Source: Isurus oxyrinchus (taxonomy: Eukaryota). Taken from it: 64,000 bases of DNA. Shown here in pieces: positions 61,405-64,000 of this stretch (position 1 is the first letter of the stretch; every line of letters begins with the position of its first letter). The notes under the pieces were generated by a model, which did not search any database, was not told where the DNA came from, and saw only the letters and a program-made list of their open reading frames with translations. The stretch is taken from assembly GCA_026770705.1 (NCBI GenBank), contig JANJGN010000024.1:26908001-26972000 (forward strand), given 5' to 3'. Made by a program: the position numbers and the translations under genes.

Positions 61405-64000
61405 TCACAAAGTCATAGAGGTCTACAGCACAGAAAAAGGCCCATTGAGTCTGCGCCGGTCAAACAAGTACCTAACTATCCTAATCTAATTTTCCAGCAT
61501 GAGGCCCATAGCCTTGTATGTCATGGCATCGCAAGTGCACATCCAAATACTTCTTAAATGTTATGAGCATTTCTGCCTCTACCACCCTTTCAGGCAGTGA
61601 GTTGCAGATTCCCACCACCCTCTAGCTGAAAATATTCTTCCTCACATCCAGTCTAAACCTCCTGCCCCTTACCTTAAATCTATGCCCCCTGGTTATCGGT
61701 CCCTCCACCAAGGGGAAAAGTTCCTTCCTATCTACCCTATCTATGTCCCTCATAATTTTATACACCTCAATCATGCCCCCTATCAATCTCCTCTGCTCTA
61801 GGGAAATTAACCACAGTCTATCCAATCTCTCCTCATACATAAAACTCTCTAGCCCAGGCAGCATCCTGGTAAATCTCCTCTGCACTCTCTCTAGTGCAAT
61901 CACATCCTTCCTATAATACGGATTCTAGAACTGCATGCAATACTCTAGCTGTGGCCTAACCAACATTTTATACAGTTCCAGCATAACCTCCCTGCTCTTA
62001 TATTCTATGCCTAGGCTAAGAAAGGCAAGTATCCCATATGCTTTCTTAACCATCTTATCTACCTGTCCCGCTACCTTAAGGGACCGGTGGATATGCACAC
62101 CAAGGTCCCTCTGACCCTCGGTACTTCCCTGGGTCCTACTATTCATCTTGTATTTCTGTGCCTTGCTTGTCCTGACCAAGTGCATCACCTCACACTTATC
62201 CGGATTATATTCCATTTGCCACTGATCAGCCCATCTGACCAGCCTGTCTGTATCCTCCTGTAATCTAAGTCTATCCTCCTCACTATTTACCACCCCACCA
62301 ATTTTCGTGTTATCTGTGAACTTACTTATCAACCCTCCAAAATTCAAACCTAAATCATTTATATATACCATAAACAACAAGGGACCCAACACCGATCCCT
62401 GTGGAACCCCACTGGACACAAGCATCCAGTCATAAAAACACCCCTCAGAGCATCACCCTCTGCTTCTTGCCACTCAGCCAATTCTAGATCCAATTTGCCA
62501 AATTGGCTTGGCCCCATGGGCTTTTACCTTCATTATCAGTCTCCCATGCGGGACCTTATCAAAAGCCTTGCTGAAGTCCAAGTAGATCACGTCAAATGCA
62601 TTGCCCTCATCTACACACCTGGTCACCTCTTCGAAAAATTCAATGAAATTGGTCAGACATGACCTCCCCTTAACAAAACCATGCTGACTGTCCTGGATTA
62701 ATCCCTGCCTCTCCAAGGGTAGATTAATTCAGTCCCTTAGAGTTACTTCCAATAGTTTCTCCACCACTGAGCTTAGACTGACTGGCCTGTAGTTCTCAGG
62801 TTTATCCCTTCCTCCCTTTTTGAATAACGGTACCACATTGGCTGTCCTCCAGTCCTCTGGCACCTCTCCTGTGGCCAGAGAGGTATTGAAAATTATTGAC
62901 AGTGCCCCTGCTATCTCCTCCCTTGCCTCACTCAACAGCCCAGGATGCTTTTCATCCGGGCCTGGAGATTTATCTACTTTTAAGCCTGCCAGACCACTTC
63001 GAACCTCCTCCCTTTCTATGCTAATTTACTTAATGATATAATAATCCTTCTGCCTGATTTCCATACCCACGTCATCCCTCGCACTTGTGAACACTGACAC
63101 AAAGTATTCATTTAGAACCCTACCTACGTCTTCCAGCTTCACACTCAAATTACCACTATGGTCCTTAATGGGCCCTACTCTTTCCCTAGTTATCTTCTGA
63201 CTCTTAATGTACTTATAAAATAACTTTGGATTTTCCTTTATTTTACCTGCCGATGTTTTTTCATGCCCTCTTTTTACTCTCCTAATTTCCTTTTTATGTC
63301 CCCCCTACACATTCTATACTCTTCTTGGGCTTCCACTGTTTTGAGCCCTCGGTATCTGCCATAAGCCTACCTTTGTCTGTTTATCCAATGCTGTATATTC
63401 CTCAACATCCAGGGTTCCCTTGTCTTTACTGGAATATGTTGGACCTATATTCTTCCTATTTCTTCCTATTTCCTTCTTGAATGAGTCTCACTGCTCTGAC
63501 ACAGATTTACCTAAAAGTAGCTGCTCCCAGTCCATTCTGGTCAAATTATATCTGATCTTATTAAAATTGGCCTTCCCCCAATTTTGAACTCTGATTCTGG
63601 CCCATCTTTGTCCTTTTCCATAACAACCTTGAATCTAATGGAGTTATGATCACTTTCTGCAAAATTCTCCCCCACTGATACCTCTACCGCTTGCCCGGCT
63701 TTAGTCCCTAAAATTAAGTCCAGGATCGCCCCCTGTTTTGTAGGACCTTCTACGTATTGGCTTAAAAAGCTCTTCTGGATGCATTTTCAGAATTCCGCTC
63801 CCTCTAAACCTATCACACTATGACTAACCCAGTTAATGTTGGGGAAGTTGAAATCCCTCACTATTACTACACTATTATTTTTACACCTCTCCGAAATTTG
63901 CCTACATATCTGCTCTTCTATTTCTCTCTGACTGTTTGGGGGCCTATACTACACTCCGAGCAAAGTGATTGCTTCTTTTTTTGTTTTCAGTTCTACCCAT
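61405..64000 (-). mobile_element. CR1 LINE ORF2 (RT region), frameshifted, continuing past the window end
   Basis: PEDWRTANVVPLFKKG...NYRPVSL, QHGFVKGRSCLTN...YLDFSKAFDKVPH, SGVPQGSVLGPLLF..YINDL and LERVQRRFTRMLPG. Confidence 0.95.

Overview
Eukaryotic, repeat-rich DNA, most likely from a cartilaginous fish (shark). That call is inferred from the DeuSINE/SacSINE1-like SINEs, CR1/L2 LINEs and Penelope tails. (1) 1-22.66 kb is a degenerate 10-bp satellite (CAGAGCCAAA)n. It reads forward at 1-4033 and inverted at 6404-22657. The switch point holds the 3' half of a class I (gamma/epsilon-like) endogenous retrovirus (integrase C-terminus, broken env, PPT, 3' LTR) plus a Penelope tail with a minimal hammerhead-ribozyme motif. 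The array ends on a Harbinger-type terminal inverted repeat. Nearly all ORF-track entries here are satellite artefacts. (2) 23.3-45.7 kb holds an apparently intact 7-exon + strand immunoglobulin-superfamily gene: leader, germline-joined VJ-type V, C1-set, C2/I-set, TM, 25-nt micro-exon, and a tail ending in a class I PDZ motif (TSEL). All splice phases match and the protein is about 426 aa. It is a non-rearranging antigen-receptor-like/nectin-like receptor that I cannot name, and the best candidate for something new. (3) The introns and 46-64 kb hold Penelope, CR1/L2, Vingi/Ingi-like LINEs, SINEs and PIF/Harbinger-type MITEs. All calls are from reading the sequence; no searches were run.
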